A DNA stretch of 64,000 nucleotides, taken from positions 57,740-121,739 of the forward strand of contig QCMV01000002.1 in NCBI GenBank assembly GCA_003213515.1, read 5' to 3'. The position numbers and the translations under genes were made by a program. This DNA comes from Pelagibacteraceae bacterium AG-422-N09. Lineage in GTDB: Bacteria > Pseudomonadota > Alphaproteobacteria > Pelagibacterales > AG-422-B15. A model generated the notes under the pieces. That model did not search any database. It saw only the letters and a list, made by a program, of their open reading frames with translations, and was not told the DNA's origin. Below are positions 1-9,169 of this stretch, one piece after another (positions within the stretch are counted from its first letter, which is position 1; every line of letters starts with the position of its first letter).

Positions 1-264
1 TTTTTTGTTGAGCAAAAATCTTTACGTTTAAAAATAATTAAAATTCTTCAAGACAAGAAATTTGGTACAAAGAACATTCCTGACGCTCTTAAATGGCACT
101 GTGCTTACTACTGGGATCATGCTTTAGATAAAAATGAGTATCTCAGGTCAAAAAAAACAATGGAAATTTTAAAACAAGCTATATCAATTCCTATTCTGCT
201 AAAGAAAAGCTTAAAAGATTATAAATTATTGATTAGAAATATTAATCGAGTGATAAGTTCTTGA
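1..264 (+). CDS. 3' end of an ORF that starts upstream of the window; function unknown
   Basis: Frame 1 is open from the window edge to TGA at 262-264 (...KWHCAYYWDHALDKNEY...NRVISS*). I recognise no motif. Confidence 0.4.
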   Translation, partial: FFVEQKSLRLKIIKILQDKKFGTKNIPDALKWHCAYYWDHALDKNEYLRSKKTMEILKQAISIPILLKKSLKDYKLLIRNINRVISS

Positions 265-268
265 AATT

Positions 269-1153
269 TTATCTGAATGGTTCCTTAGATGCAATTATAT
301 GAATATTATCCACATATTTTTGATAAAAGAATCCAAGTTGATGTAATTCTTCTTCAACAGATTTAAATGGGTTTTTAAATCCTTCTAAAATAAGAGCATC
401 TTCATGTATCTCTACTAAATATAGATTTACGTGGTTTGAAATTTTTTTTGCTCCTCTCAAAATTTTAATTTCTGCTCCTTCTGTATCTATTTTCACTAAA
501 TCAGGCTTATTTTTAATTATTTGATTTTTAATTAGACTGTCAAGACTCATTGATTCCACTTCTAAGCAAATCTGTTTACCTGTTGGAGATGGAGAACTTG
601 TTTCCTTAAAAATACTATGTGTGTCTTTGTCAGGTCTGATGTAAAATTTTACTTTTTCATTTTTGTCAGTAACAGCTAATTTTAATAACTTTACATTAGA
701 AATATTATTAATTTTACAATTATTCTTTATTGCAGTCTGGCCAATTTCATCAGGTTCAAATACATATACTTTTCCATTAGGTCCAACTTTTTTTGCAAGT
801 GGAATAGTATATTGCCCTGTATGTCCACCGATATCAAATATTGTCATTCCATCGTGAACATGAGTTTCAAGAAACTTGTTTAAAAATCTTTCTTCATTTT
901 GATTTCCAGTTGAAAGGTGCCAGAAATTTTTTGCTGAAACTGCTTCATAGACTAAAGATATATTGCCATATGATTTTTTAATTAATCTCTCTCCATTTTC
1001 GTATCTTAAATAACAATTTTCTCTTACTTTTTTTCTTCTGTATTTGTATATTTTGTAATCAACTCTGATTAATCTGTATATATATTTAATTACTTGGTAA
1101 GTTAGCGGATATGACTCCAATATTTTTTTTATATTATCTAATTTTTTTTTCAT
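269..1153 (-). CDS. FkbM-family SAM-dependent methyltransferase
   Basis: 294-aa ORF with FkbM-type blocks DIGGHTGQYT, VYVFEPD and VKIDTEGAE. Confidence 0.8.
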   Translation of the reverse strand: MKKKLDNIKKILESYPLTYQVIKYIYRLIRVDYKIYKYRRKKVRENCYLRYENGERLIKKSYGNISLVYEAVSAKNFWHLSTGNQNEERFLNKFLETHVHDGMTIFDIGGHTGQYTIPLAKKVGPNGKVYVFEPDEIGQTAIKNNCKINNISNVKLLKLAVTDKNEKVKFYIRPDKDTHSIFKETSSPSPTGKQICLEVESMSLDSLIKNQIIKNKPDLVKIDTEGAEIKILRGAKKISNHVNLYLVEIHEDALILEGFKNPFKSVEEELHQLGFFYQKYVDNIHIIASKEPFR

Positions 1154-1193
1154 GAGATTATTTATTAATAGATAATGAGAACAATATTTTAAA

Positions 1194-2972
1194 ATGAAGA
1201 ATAATATACTTACATTAACTGGTCTAGAGAAAATGGATTCAAAAAAAGATGATGTGTACTTATTAGGGAAATGGTGTTTAGGAGACCGTATCGATGATTT
1301 AGAAACGCATAATAATTATCAAATTCTAAACTATCATTGGGATGATAGGGAAAAATTAAAATTAGATTATTATTATTTAAAAAAGTTACATGATAGGTTG
1401 TTGGATAAACTTACATTATCTCTAAATAAATTGCATTTAGTAGAAAAAGACAAAAGATATTGGCAAATATTACTTGATCCTTGGCTCATGGATTATGTAG
1501 GAATTATATTTGATAGATGGGAAACGATAAGAATTGCAAGTCAATTGGACAGTAAATTTAAAATTAATTATTTAGAAAATTTACCTCATTTTGATGCATC
1601 ATTTTCCTATGTTCATCAAGCAAAGTTAATAAGGACTAGAACTTGGAACCAGGTAATTTATCAAAGAATAATTAATTTTAGTTTTAAGAATAGTTTTGAT
1701 TTTGAAAAAATTACTATAAATAAGGAAGAAAAATTTAAAGAAAATTTTTCAGACAGTGAATATAATAGAAAGGTAATATTAGGTATAATAAAAATATTTA
1801 TAAGGATCTATGAATATTGTTGTTCTAAATTTATACGTAATTATAAAGTTGTGTTTTTAGATGCTTACTTTAGACCGTTTTCATTTATTCTTTTAAATCT
1901 TAAGTTATTTCAACTTCCTAGAATATTCTATTTTGAGTTTTTAAATCCAAAATTAAATAATAAGAAATTACCAAACAGAAAAAAATTAATAATAGATTTA
2001 GACTATTCAAATAAATTTGAGGAATTTCTGAATCATTTTTTACCTACAGATTTACCTACCTCTGTGGTCGAATACTACAAAGATTTTTCTGAACATATAA
2101 AGAAGATTAAAATACAAACAAAGATGATTTTATCTGCGAACGCTTATTGGTATAGTGTCCCTAAAAAATATTGGATTGCAGAACAGTCTTCTAAAGGTGT
2201 AAGTTTTGTTTCAGTTTCACATGGTGGTTCTTTTCCAGCTTACGAGGAACATTTCGATTTTGAAGAAGATATAAGTGACAAAAGATGTACATGGTTCAAA
2301 CCTCTGCATGATAAGCATGTTCAATTACCACCAAATAAATTAATTAATTTAAAGAATTATTACAAACTTCTTAATATAAGAAACTCACGTAAATTACTTT
2401 CAATAATAGGTTTTGAAGGAAGTGGAAAGTGGGCTCATAGATCAACTTTTCGTCCAGTATCGCATCAGGCCTTATTAACCTTTGATTTTAGTGTTAAATT
2501 AGTCAAATTATTAGATAAAGAAATTCAAAACAAAACAAAGATTAGACCACAGAGTAATTTAGGATGGAATACAAAAGAAATGTACGAAAACTATCTAGGA
2601 AAAAAAATGATTTCCCAGGAAAAGAATTATTATAAATTTATTTCTCATTCTAAGATTATTTTATGCTTGTATCCTGAAACGACTTTTTCTGAATCCATGG
2701 CCTCAGGTATTCCAACTATCCTTGCTTATCCAGAAAATTACAATGAGAGAAATCATAAAGCTTTAGGACTAATAGATACAATGAAGAAAGCTAAAATTAT
2801 TTTCAATAATTTTGATTTGGCAGCTGATCATATAAACAATATTTGGCAAAACCCATATGATTGGTGGAATAGTGAAGAAACTTGTAGGGCAAGAGAAGAG
2901 TTCTTTCAAACTGCTGGAAATCCGAATGATAGTCAATGGTTAAGAAAATGGTTGAAGTTTCTTAAGATTTAA
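1194..2972 (+). CDS. Uncharacterised putative transferase, LIC12162-like family as I recall it from TIGRFAM; paralogue of the N-terminal ~600 aa of 5524..8277
   Basis: 592-aa ORF. It shares long identical strings with the downstream paralogue (ILNYHWDDR, ILLDPWLMDYV, FDRWETI, HGGSFP, FEEDISDKR, YPETTF). It lies in a glycan locus next to a WbuX-type amidotransferase. Confidence 0.5.
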   Translation: MKNNILTLTGLEKMDSKKDDVYLLGKWCLGDRIDDLETHNNYQILNYHWDDREKLKLDYYYLKKLHDRLLDKLTLSLNKLHLVEKDKRYWQILLDPWLMDYVGIIFDRWETIRIASQLDSKFKINYLENLPHFDASFSYVHQAKLIRTRTWNQVIYQRIINFSFKNSFDFEKITINKEEKFKENFSDSEYNRKVILGIIKIFIRIYEYCCSKFIRNYKVVFLDAYFRPFSFILLNLKLFQLPRIFYFEFLNPKLNNKKLPNRKKLIIDLDYSNKFEEFLNHFLPTDLPTSVVEYYKDFSEHIKKIKIQTKMILSANAYWYSVPKKYWIAEQSSKGVSFVSVSHGGSFPAYEEHFDFEEDISDKRCTWFKPLHDKHVQLPPNKLINLKNYYKLLNIRNSRKLLSIIGFEGSGKWAHRSTFRPVSHQALLTFDFSVKLVKLLDKEIQNKTKIRPQSNLGWNTKEMYENYLGKKMISQEKNYYKFISHSKIILCLYPETTFSESMASGIPTILAYPENYNERNHKALGLIDTMKKAKIIFNNFDLAADHINNIWQNPYDWWNSEETCRAREEFFQTAGNPNDSQWLRKWLKFLKI

Positions 2973-3010
2973 TATTAATAAGATTTAAGAATAAACTGCT
3001 TCATAATTAA

Positions 3011-4198
3011 ATGAAAAATATAACTTACTGTACGCGTTGCACTATCCCTAGTACCCAAGAGGGAGTAACTTTTGATGAAATGGGAATTTGTACAGCTTGT
3101 ATTTCTTCTGAAGAAAAAATGCACATAGATTGGAATAAAAGAGAAAAGGATCTTTTAGAAATATTAAAAAATGCAAAATCAAATTCGGGAAATGGCTATG
3201 ATTGTGTATTGCCGATATCTGGTGGAAAAGATAGTTTTTTTCAAGCACATGTTCTTACTCAAGTATATGATGTTAAGCCTTTAGCAGTAACATTTAGCCA
3301 TAATTGGTTTTCGGAAACAGGTTTTTATAATCTACAGAGATGTTTGGAAGTCTTTAACTTAGATCATATACAGTTTACACCCGCAAGAAACTTAGTAAAT
3401 AAGCTTGCAAGAAAATCAATAAATGTAATAGGAGATTCTTGTTGGCATTGTCATGCAGGTGTTGGAGCATTTCCACTTCAAATTGCTACAAAATTTAAGA
3501 TTCCTTTATTAGTTTGGGGAGAATCAATAGCCGAAAATGATGGAAGAGAAGGATATGGTTGTCCCAAAATTAAGTTTGATAGAGATTATTTTACTAAAGT
3601 TTCTGCTAAGCTTACAGCTGAGGAGATGGTTGATGATAATTTATCTTCAAAAGATTTACATCCGTTTAGTCTTCCCTCTTATAAAGAAATAGACGATGCG
3701 GGTGTGCATGGTATTCATCTTGGAGATTATATTTTTTGGGACGATGAGAGGCAGACAGAATGGATAAGAGATACCTATGGTTGGAAAGAAACAGAAATGG
3801 AAGGAACATACAAAGGCTATAAAAGCGCAGAATGTATTATGTCTGGTATGCATGATTTTACTTGTTATTTAAAGAGAGGCTACGGCAGAGCTACTGTTCA
3901 AACAGCCGTAGATGTTAGAAATGGACTTCTTACTAGAAAAGAAGGTTTTGAATTAATTAAAAAGCACGATCAGGAAATTCCTGAAGCTTTAGACTATTAC
4001 CTAGAAATTACAGGCCTTAATGACAATGAGTTTTATAGGATAATGAACTCAAAAAAACTAAAAGAATTGCACGAAGTAAATATCCCTGTAAGAAAGAAAG
4101 AGCAACAAAACCTTGAGAAAATAAAGCCTTTTGTCGAACAAATAATTGAAAAGCATTTAAAAAGAGAAGATCCTAGGGTTTTGCGAGATAAAAAATAA
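3011..4198 (+). CDS. N-acetyl sugar amidotransferase (WbuX/WbpG/PseA-like PP-loop ATP pyrophosphatase)
   Basis: It has an N-terminal Cys cluster (CTRCTIP...GICTAC) and the PP-loop motif PISGGKDS. The length of 395 aa is typical of the family. Confidence 0.8.
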   Translation: MKNITYCTRCTIPSTQEGVTFDEMGICTACISSEEKMHIDWNKREKDLLEILKNAKSNSGNGYDCVLPISGGKDSFFQAHVLTQVYDVKPLAVTFSHNWFSETGFYNLQRCLEVFNLDHIQFTPARNLVNKLARKSINVIGDSCWHCHAGVGAFPLQIATKFKIPLLVWGESIAENDGREGYGCPKIKFDRDYFTKVSAKLTAEEMVDDNLSSKDLHPFSLPSYKEIDDAGVHGIHLGDYIFWDDERQTEWIRDTYGWKETEMEGTYKGYKSAECIMSGMHDFTCYLKRGYGRATVQTAVDVRNGLLTRKEGFELIKKHDQEIPEALDYYLEITGLNDNEFYRIMNSKKLKELHEVNIPVRKKEQQNLEKIKPFVEQIIEKHLKREDPRVLRDKK

Positions 4199-5524
4199 AT
4201 GATGGGTTATTTATTTCTAGAAAACTCAATCAGCGAATTATTAAATAAAATTAAAAATAAAGAATTTGCTCTTTCTGACATGATAAGTCACTCAGAAGAA
4301 GTATATCTTAGACATGAGAATGAAACAAATGCATGGAAAGAATTTGATACAGGCAGATTAAATAAATATCTTGATGATAATAATTTAAGAAATTTATCTG
4401 GAATACCTTTTGGAATAAAAGATATTTTTAATACATCTGATTTTTTTACTCAGATGGGATCAGAAATATGGAAAAACTTTTCTCCAGGAAACAATGCAAG
4501 AGTAGTTGATATGCTTATCGGCGCAGGTGCTTTTCCAATAGGAAAAACAGTAACGGCCGAATTTGCTGTTCACAAGTTAAATGAAACTCTAAATCCGCAT
4601 GATGCCTTGAGGACACCAGGTACATCTTCTAGTGGATCAGCAGCTGCTGTATCAAGAGGAGTTGTTCCATTTGCTCTTGGCACTCAAACTGCTGGATCTA
4701 TAATAAGACCTGCAAGTTTTTGTGGAGTATGGGGTATGAAGCCCTCTTTTGGAATGATTCCTAGAACAGGAATTCTTAAAACTACAGATTCATTAGATAC
4801 TGTTGGATTTTTAACAACGCATGGAAAGAATATGCGACTAATTCTTGATTCTATTAGAGTAAAAGGGCCTAACTATCCATATGTTTATAAAAATGTTGAT
4901 CTAGCTAGCAAAAGAAATAACAAGCATTGGAAAGTAGGTTTCCTAAAAACAAATCTATTTAGTAAGTCTGAACAATATGTTCAAAAAAGTATTGGCAATT
5001 TTATTAACAAACTTTCAACTATTAATACATTTGAGGTAGATGAAGTTTTGTGGCCTAGTTCAATGAATGATTTACATAGTATACATTCAACAATTTACTA
5101 TAAGTCATTAGGATATTATTTTCAAAGAGAAGAAAAACAATCCCAAAAAATTTCTGATTCAATGAAACAAATAATAAATTTATCAAAAGAAATATCCTTA
5201 GACGATTTTCAAAAAGCATTGGATAGACAAGAAAAATTTATTTATTCATTAGATGAATTGATCAAAAAATATGATTTTTTGATAACTAATAGCACAGCGA
5301 GCTCAGCGCCGCTAAGAAACGAGACTGAAATAGACGATACTTCATTGCTTTGGACAATGGGACATGTCCCTTCGATATCTGCTCCGGTATTTAAGTGTCC
5401 AAAGGGGCTTCCCTTTGGAATTCAGTTTATATCAAGAAAATGGAATGACTTTAATTTAATTAATGCCATTGAAGAGCTTATTGACATTGAGATATTACCT
5501 AAGTCTTCTGTTAAGGTACAGTGA
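4199..5524 (+). CDS. Amidase-signature (GatA-like) family amidase
   Basis: Catalytic elements are present: GIPFGIKDIF (Lys), GTSSSGSAAAV (Gly/Ser-rich signature with cis-Ser) and GTQTAGSIIRPASFCG (Ser nucleophile). The ATG directly follows the upstream TAA at 4196-4198. Confidence 0.85.
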   Translation: MMGYLFLENSISELLNKIKNKEFALSDMISHSEEVYLRHENETNAWKEFDTGRLNKYLDDNNLRNLSGIPFGIKDIFNTSDFFTQMGSEIWKNFSPGNNARVVDMLIGAGAFPIGKTVTAEFAVHKLNETLNPHDALRTPGTSSSGSAAAVSRGVVPFALGTQTAGSIIRPASFCGVWGMKPSFGMIPRTGILKTTDSLDTVGFLTTHGKNMRLILDSIRVKGPNYPYVYKNVDLASKRNNKHWKVGFLKTNLFSKSEQYVQKSIGNFINKLSTINTFEVDEVLWPSSMNDLHSIHSTIYYKSLGYYFQREEKQSQKISDSMKQIINLSKEISLDDFQKALDRQEKFIYSLDELIKKYDFLITNSTASSAPLRNETEIDDTSLLWTMGHVPSISAPVFKCPKGLPFGIQFISRKWNDFNLINAIEELIDIEILPKSSVKVQ

Positions 5525-8277
5525 TGACTAAAAGAAATTTATTAATACTTACTTCCATTAAAGAAACTAGAAATCAATCACATGATGATTGTATTTTACT
5601 AGGTGAGTGGTGCAAGGATTTAAATGAGGAAGATAAAAATTTTAATATAGAACATATTCTAAATTATCATTGGGATGATAGAGTCAAATTAAAGAGAGAT
5701 TATAAATATTTAAAAAACTTTCATTATCAATTATTAAGTGAACTAACTACAAAACTAAATTCGTTACATGGTGTCAATTATGATATTAGATATTGGAGAA
5801 TTTTATTAGATCCTTGGTTAATGGATTATGTATCAGTTTTATTTGATAGATGGGAGACTATTGATGCTGCATGTAAATTAGACAAAAAATTTGATGTTAA
5901 TTTCTTACAAAGTAATTTCTTAGATAAGTCTTTACCTTTAGGAATGAATCAGATGCATGCACACTTTAGTAAAGATTATTTCAATCAATTATTATATCAA
6001 AAAATAATTGAATATAATTATAGCGACTCATTCAATATAAAAATAGTAGATACCAAAAGAGATTTACAAAAGGATTTGTATGAGCCGTTTGTAGAAAAAG
6101 AAAGCTCATATTTTTTCAATCTTTTTAGAGGATTGTATAATCATATTGATAAGATGCTCGGAAACATTTTTAACAAATATGATGTAGTTTTTATTGACTC
6201 ATACTTTAGGTATTTTGACCTGATAAAAATAAATCTAGCTATGAATCAGTTTCCAAGATTATTTAATATGGATTTTGATTCAAAATCCAAAGAAATTAAA
6301 AGCCTTTATGAAAATCAAGATAATGAGGCTCGTAATCAAATTAAAATTTCCTTAAATAATAGTTCTAAGTTTGAAAATTTTATACTTGAGCAAATTATTA
6401 AGAATTTGCCAAAATCAATTGTAGAAAATTATTCATCTTTAAAGAATATATCCCAGCAGATAAATATTAATACCAAAGTGATAATGTCTGCAAACAGTCA
6501 TTGGGATAATCTTTTAAAAAAATTCTGGATTGCGCATAAGGTATCTCAAGGAGTAAAATTTGTTACATTAGAACATGGTGGCTCATTCCCTCCACTAAAA
6601 GAACATTTTCAATTTGAGGAAGATATAAGCGATAAAAGAGGAACCTGGTTTATTCCTTGGCATGAAAAGCACATTCAATTACCGCCTACAAAATTAGTTC
6701 ACAGAAATAAATTGATTAATAAAAGAAAAGGTTCTTCTAATCGCTATAAAAGGTGTTCTTTAATTGCTTACGGAGGAAGAAGATGGGCTTTTCGGGTTAA
6801 TTTTTATCCTCATTCATATCAGGGGCTAAAACCTTTGGAAGATAGTGTGGTATTTTACAATAATTTAGACACTAAAATAAAAGATAATTTTCAAATTAAG
6901 TTACACCATGACCTTGGATTAAATGAAATTGATAGATTTAGAAGAAAATTAGATCCTTCAAAAATATCTACCGAAAAAAATTATGATAAATTTTTAAGTA
7001 ATTCAAAAGTAATTGTTTGTACTTATCCTGAGACTACATTTGCTGAAGCAATGTCAACTAATATTCCAACAATTATGTTTTTTGATAAAAATATTTTTGA
7101 GCGAAATCCAATAACAGATAACTTACTTAACAAGCTTGTTGAAGCAAAGATAATTTTCTTCGATGCAAAAACAGCAGCTAAACATTTAAATAAAATATGG
7201 GATAATTTAGATGTCTGGTGGAATAGTGACATTGTATTGAATGCAAGAATTGAATTTAGGAAACAGGCTTCCCCAATAGACAAATATTGGATTAGTAAAT
7301 GGAAGACATTCATAAATGATAATTTTTTAAGAAATTCTCATCATAAAATGCAAGCTTATGGGAATAATTTTACTGGCTATCTAAGAGCGGGAATTTATAC
7401 AACTAGATTATTTGTTCAGAACCCTGTTGAAAGTTTGAATGAAATCATTTCTGATGTCAGAAAAGATCAAAATTCTAAACTTTTTGAGTCAAAATATAAT
7501 CTTGTTTGGTGTGCGGGTTTACCACATTCAGGAACTACTCTAGTAGAAGAAATATTTGATAGTTTGCCATATATTAGATTAAATTCATCTCCACTTAGAT
7601 TTTTTAATTCAGGTAATCTGACTCACCCTCATAGTGTTTCAAGAGAAATGTTTTTAAGCGCACCAATAAACAAATATTCATTTTTTAAAACCCATAGTCA
7701 TTATGATCCAAGTTTTCTAGAATATGCAAAACAGAGCAATGCAAGAATAATAGTTTGTCTTAGAGATATTAGAGATATGATGATTAGCAGATATTGGCAT
7801 ATTATGTCTAATAAATACCACTGGTTACATCTTAAGATCAAAGATCTTCCAATGAGAGAGGGTTTTATTGAGTCTTTGATTTCTGTTAATGAGGAAAATT
7901 ATTATTCCCCTAGACCAATTGAAGATTATTTCTTGTGGATAAAGAATTGGATAGAAGTTGAAAAAAAAGAAGATATTAAAATTATATGGTATGAAGATTA
8001 TGTTAAAAATTCAATTCAGTATATTTATAATATTTTAGATTACTTAGAATTTAGTGAAATTAATGCGAAACATATAGAAGAAAAACTTGAGTCAAAAAGG
8101 GTTAGAAATAAGTCATTTCCATTATCAAAGAGACTTTTTTTGCCAGGAAGAATGAAATCAACATATAGGTCAGGTAAATCCGGGGAGTGGCGTGAATTAT
8201 TTGATGATAATATTTCTGAGGTCTTTAATTCATATATTCCTGGAGAAATTTCAGAAATTATAGATAATAATAGATAA
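5524..8277 (+). CDS. Fusion protein: LIC12162-like putative transferase (N-terminal ~600 aa) plus a C-terminal PAPS-type sulfotransferase domain
   Basis: The N-terminus is collinear with 1194..2972 to that protein's very end (QWLRKWLKFLKI versus YWISKWKTFIND). The extra ~300 aa carry sulfotransferase motifs: GLPHSGTT (5'-PSB), FKTHSH, LRDIRDMMISRY (3'-PB) and RSGKSGEWRELF. The track start GTG 5521 and ATG 5524 are both possible; ATG 5524 overlaps the upstream TGA. Confidence 0.7.
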   Translation: MTKRNLLILTSIKETRNQSHDDCILLGEWCKDLNEEDKNFNIEHILNYHWDDRVKLKRDYKYLKNFHYQLLSELTTKLNSLHGVNYDIRYWRILLDPWLMDYVSVLFDRWETIDAACKLDKKFDVNFLQSNFLDKSLPLGMNQMHAHFSKDYFNQLLYQKIIEYNYSDSFNIKIVDTKRDLQKDLYEPFVEKESSYFFNLFRGLYNHIDKMLGNIFNKYDVVFIDSYFRYFDLIKINLAMNQFPRLFNMDFDSKSKEIKSLYENQDNEARNQIKISLNNSSKFENFILEQIIKNLPKSIVENYSSLKNISQQININTKVIMSANSHWDNLLKKFWIAHKVSQGVKFVTLEHGGSFPPLKEHFQFEEDISDKRGTWFIPWHEKHIQLPPTKLVHRNKLINKRKGSSNRYKRCSLIAYGGRRWAFRVNFYPHSYQGLKPLEDSVVFYNNLDTKIKDNFQIKLHHDLGLNEIDRFRRKLDPSKISTEKNYDKFLSNSKVIVCTYPETTFAEAMSTNIPTIMFFDKNIFERNPITDNLLNKLVEAKIIFFDAKTAAKHLNKIWDNLDVWWNSDIVLNARIEFRKQASPIDKYWISKWKTFINDNFLRNSHHKMQAYGNNFTGYLRAGIYTTRLFVQNPVESLNEIISDVRKDQNSKLFESKYNLVWCAGLPHSGTTLVEEIFDSLPYIRLNSSPLRFFNSGNLTHPHSVSREMFLSAPINKYSFFKTHSHYDPSFLEYAKQSNARIIVCLRDIRDMMISRYWHIMSNKYHWLHLKIKDLPMREGFIESLISVNEENYYSPRPIEDYFLWIKNWIEVEKKEDIKIIWYEDYVKNSIQYIYNILDYLEFSEINAKHIEEKLESKRVRNKSFPLSKRLFLPGRMKSTYRSGKSGEWRELFDDNISEVFNSYIPGEISEIIDNNR

Positions 8278-8395
8278 TTTTTTTAATATTTAATAGATTG
8301 CAGAAAATTATATCTGAAATATGACCAGGTATAAAGAATGTCTTAAAAATAAAGAAAGCTAGCGAAAATTATAATTTTTTATAAATATAGATTTT

Positions 8396-9154
8396 ATGAA
8401 TTTAAGAAAAAAAAATTTTTATTTTAAAAATATTACGATTGGTTCATGGATTACACTTTATAACCCAGGAATTGCAGAAATATTTTCACAAAATAAATTT
8501 GATTGGATAGTTGTAGATTTAGAGCATAGCGCGATTTCAATAGATCAGGCATCTGATTTAATCAGAATAATTGATTTATGTGGATGCAGACCTTTAGTTA
8601 GACTTACCTCTAATAGTAAGGATTTAACAAAGAGAGTTTTAGATGCAGGAGCTCACGGAATTATTGTTCCTATGATAAATTCAAAAGATGAGGCAAAGAA
8701 AGCTGTAAGCTATTCACACTATATGCCGAAAGGCGTAAGAGGTGTTGGACTAGCGAGAGCTCAAGGTTATGGAAGTAAATTTGATGAATATGTTCGATGG
8801 CAAGAAAATGAGCCACTTATTATTGCTCAAATTGAACACGTTAACGCAATAAATAATATTGAAGAAATTGTCTCGGTTAGTGGAATAGATGGCGTTTTTA
8901 TTGGTCCATATGACCTGTCTGGATCTATTGGAAGATCTGGAGATTTTACTTCAACGAAGTATAAAAACTCAATCAAAAAAGTAAAAGCAGTTGTTAAATC
9001 AAAAAATAAAATACTTGGCATTCATGTTGTTGAGCCTGATGTCTTCGAGGTAAATAAAGCAATAAGAGATGGATTCAGCTTTATCTCATTTAGTGTTGAT
9101 ATCAGAATTTTAGACTCTAATATAAAAAATGCTATTCAAAAAATAAGAAAATAA
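8396..9154 (+). CDS. HpcH/HpaI-family class II (pyruvate) aldolase
   Basis: Family pattern: GSWITLYNPGIAEI, DWIVVDLEHS, RPLVRL, LDAGAHGIIVPMINSKDEA, YMPKGVRGVG. Confidence 0.8.
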   Translation: MNLRKKNFYFKNITIGSWITLYNPGIAEIFSQNKFDWIVVDLEHSAISIDQASDLIRIIDLCGCRPLVRLTSNSKDLTKRVLDAGAHGIIVPMINSKDEAKKAVSYSHYMPKGVRGVGLARAQGYGSKFDEYVRWQENEPLIIAQIEHVNAINNIEEIVSVSGIDGVFIGPYDLSGSIGRSGDFTSTKYKNSIKKVKAVVKSKNKILGIHVVEPDVFEVNKAIRDGFSFISFSVDIRILDSNIKNAIQKIRK

Positions 9155-9169
9155 CAGTAAAAAAATTAA

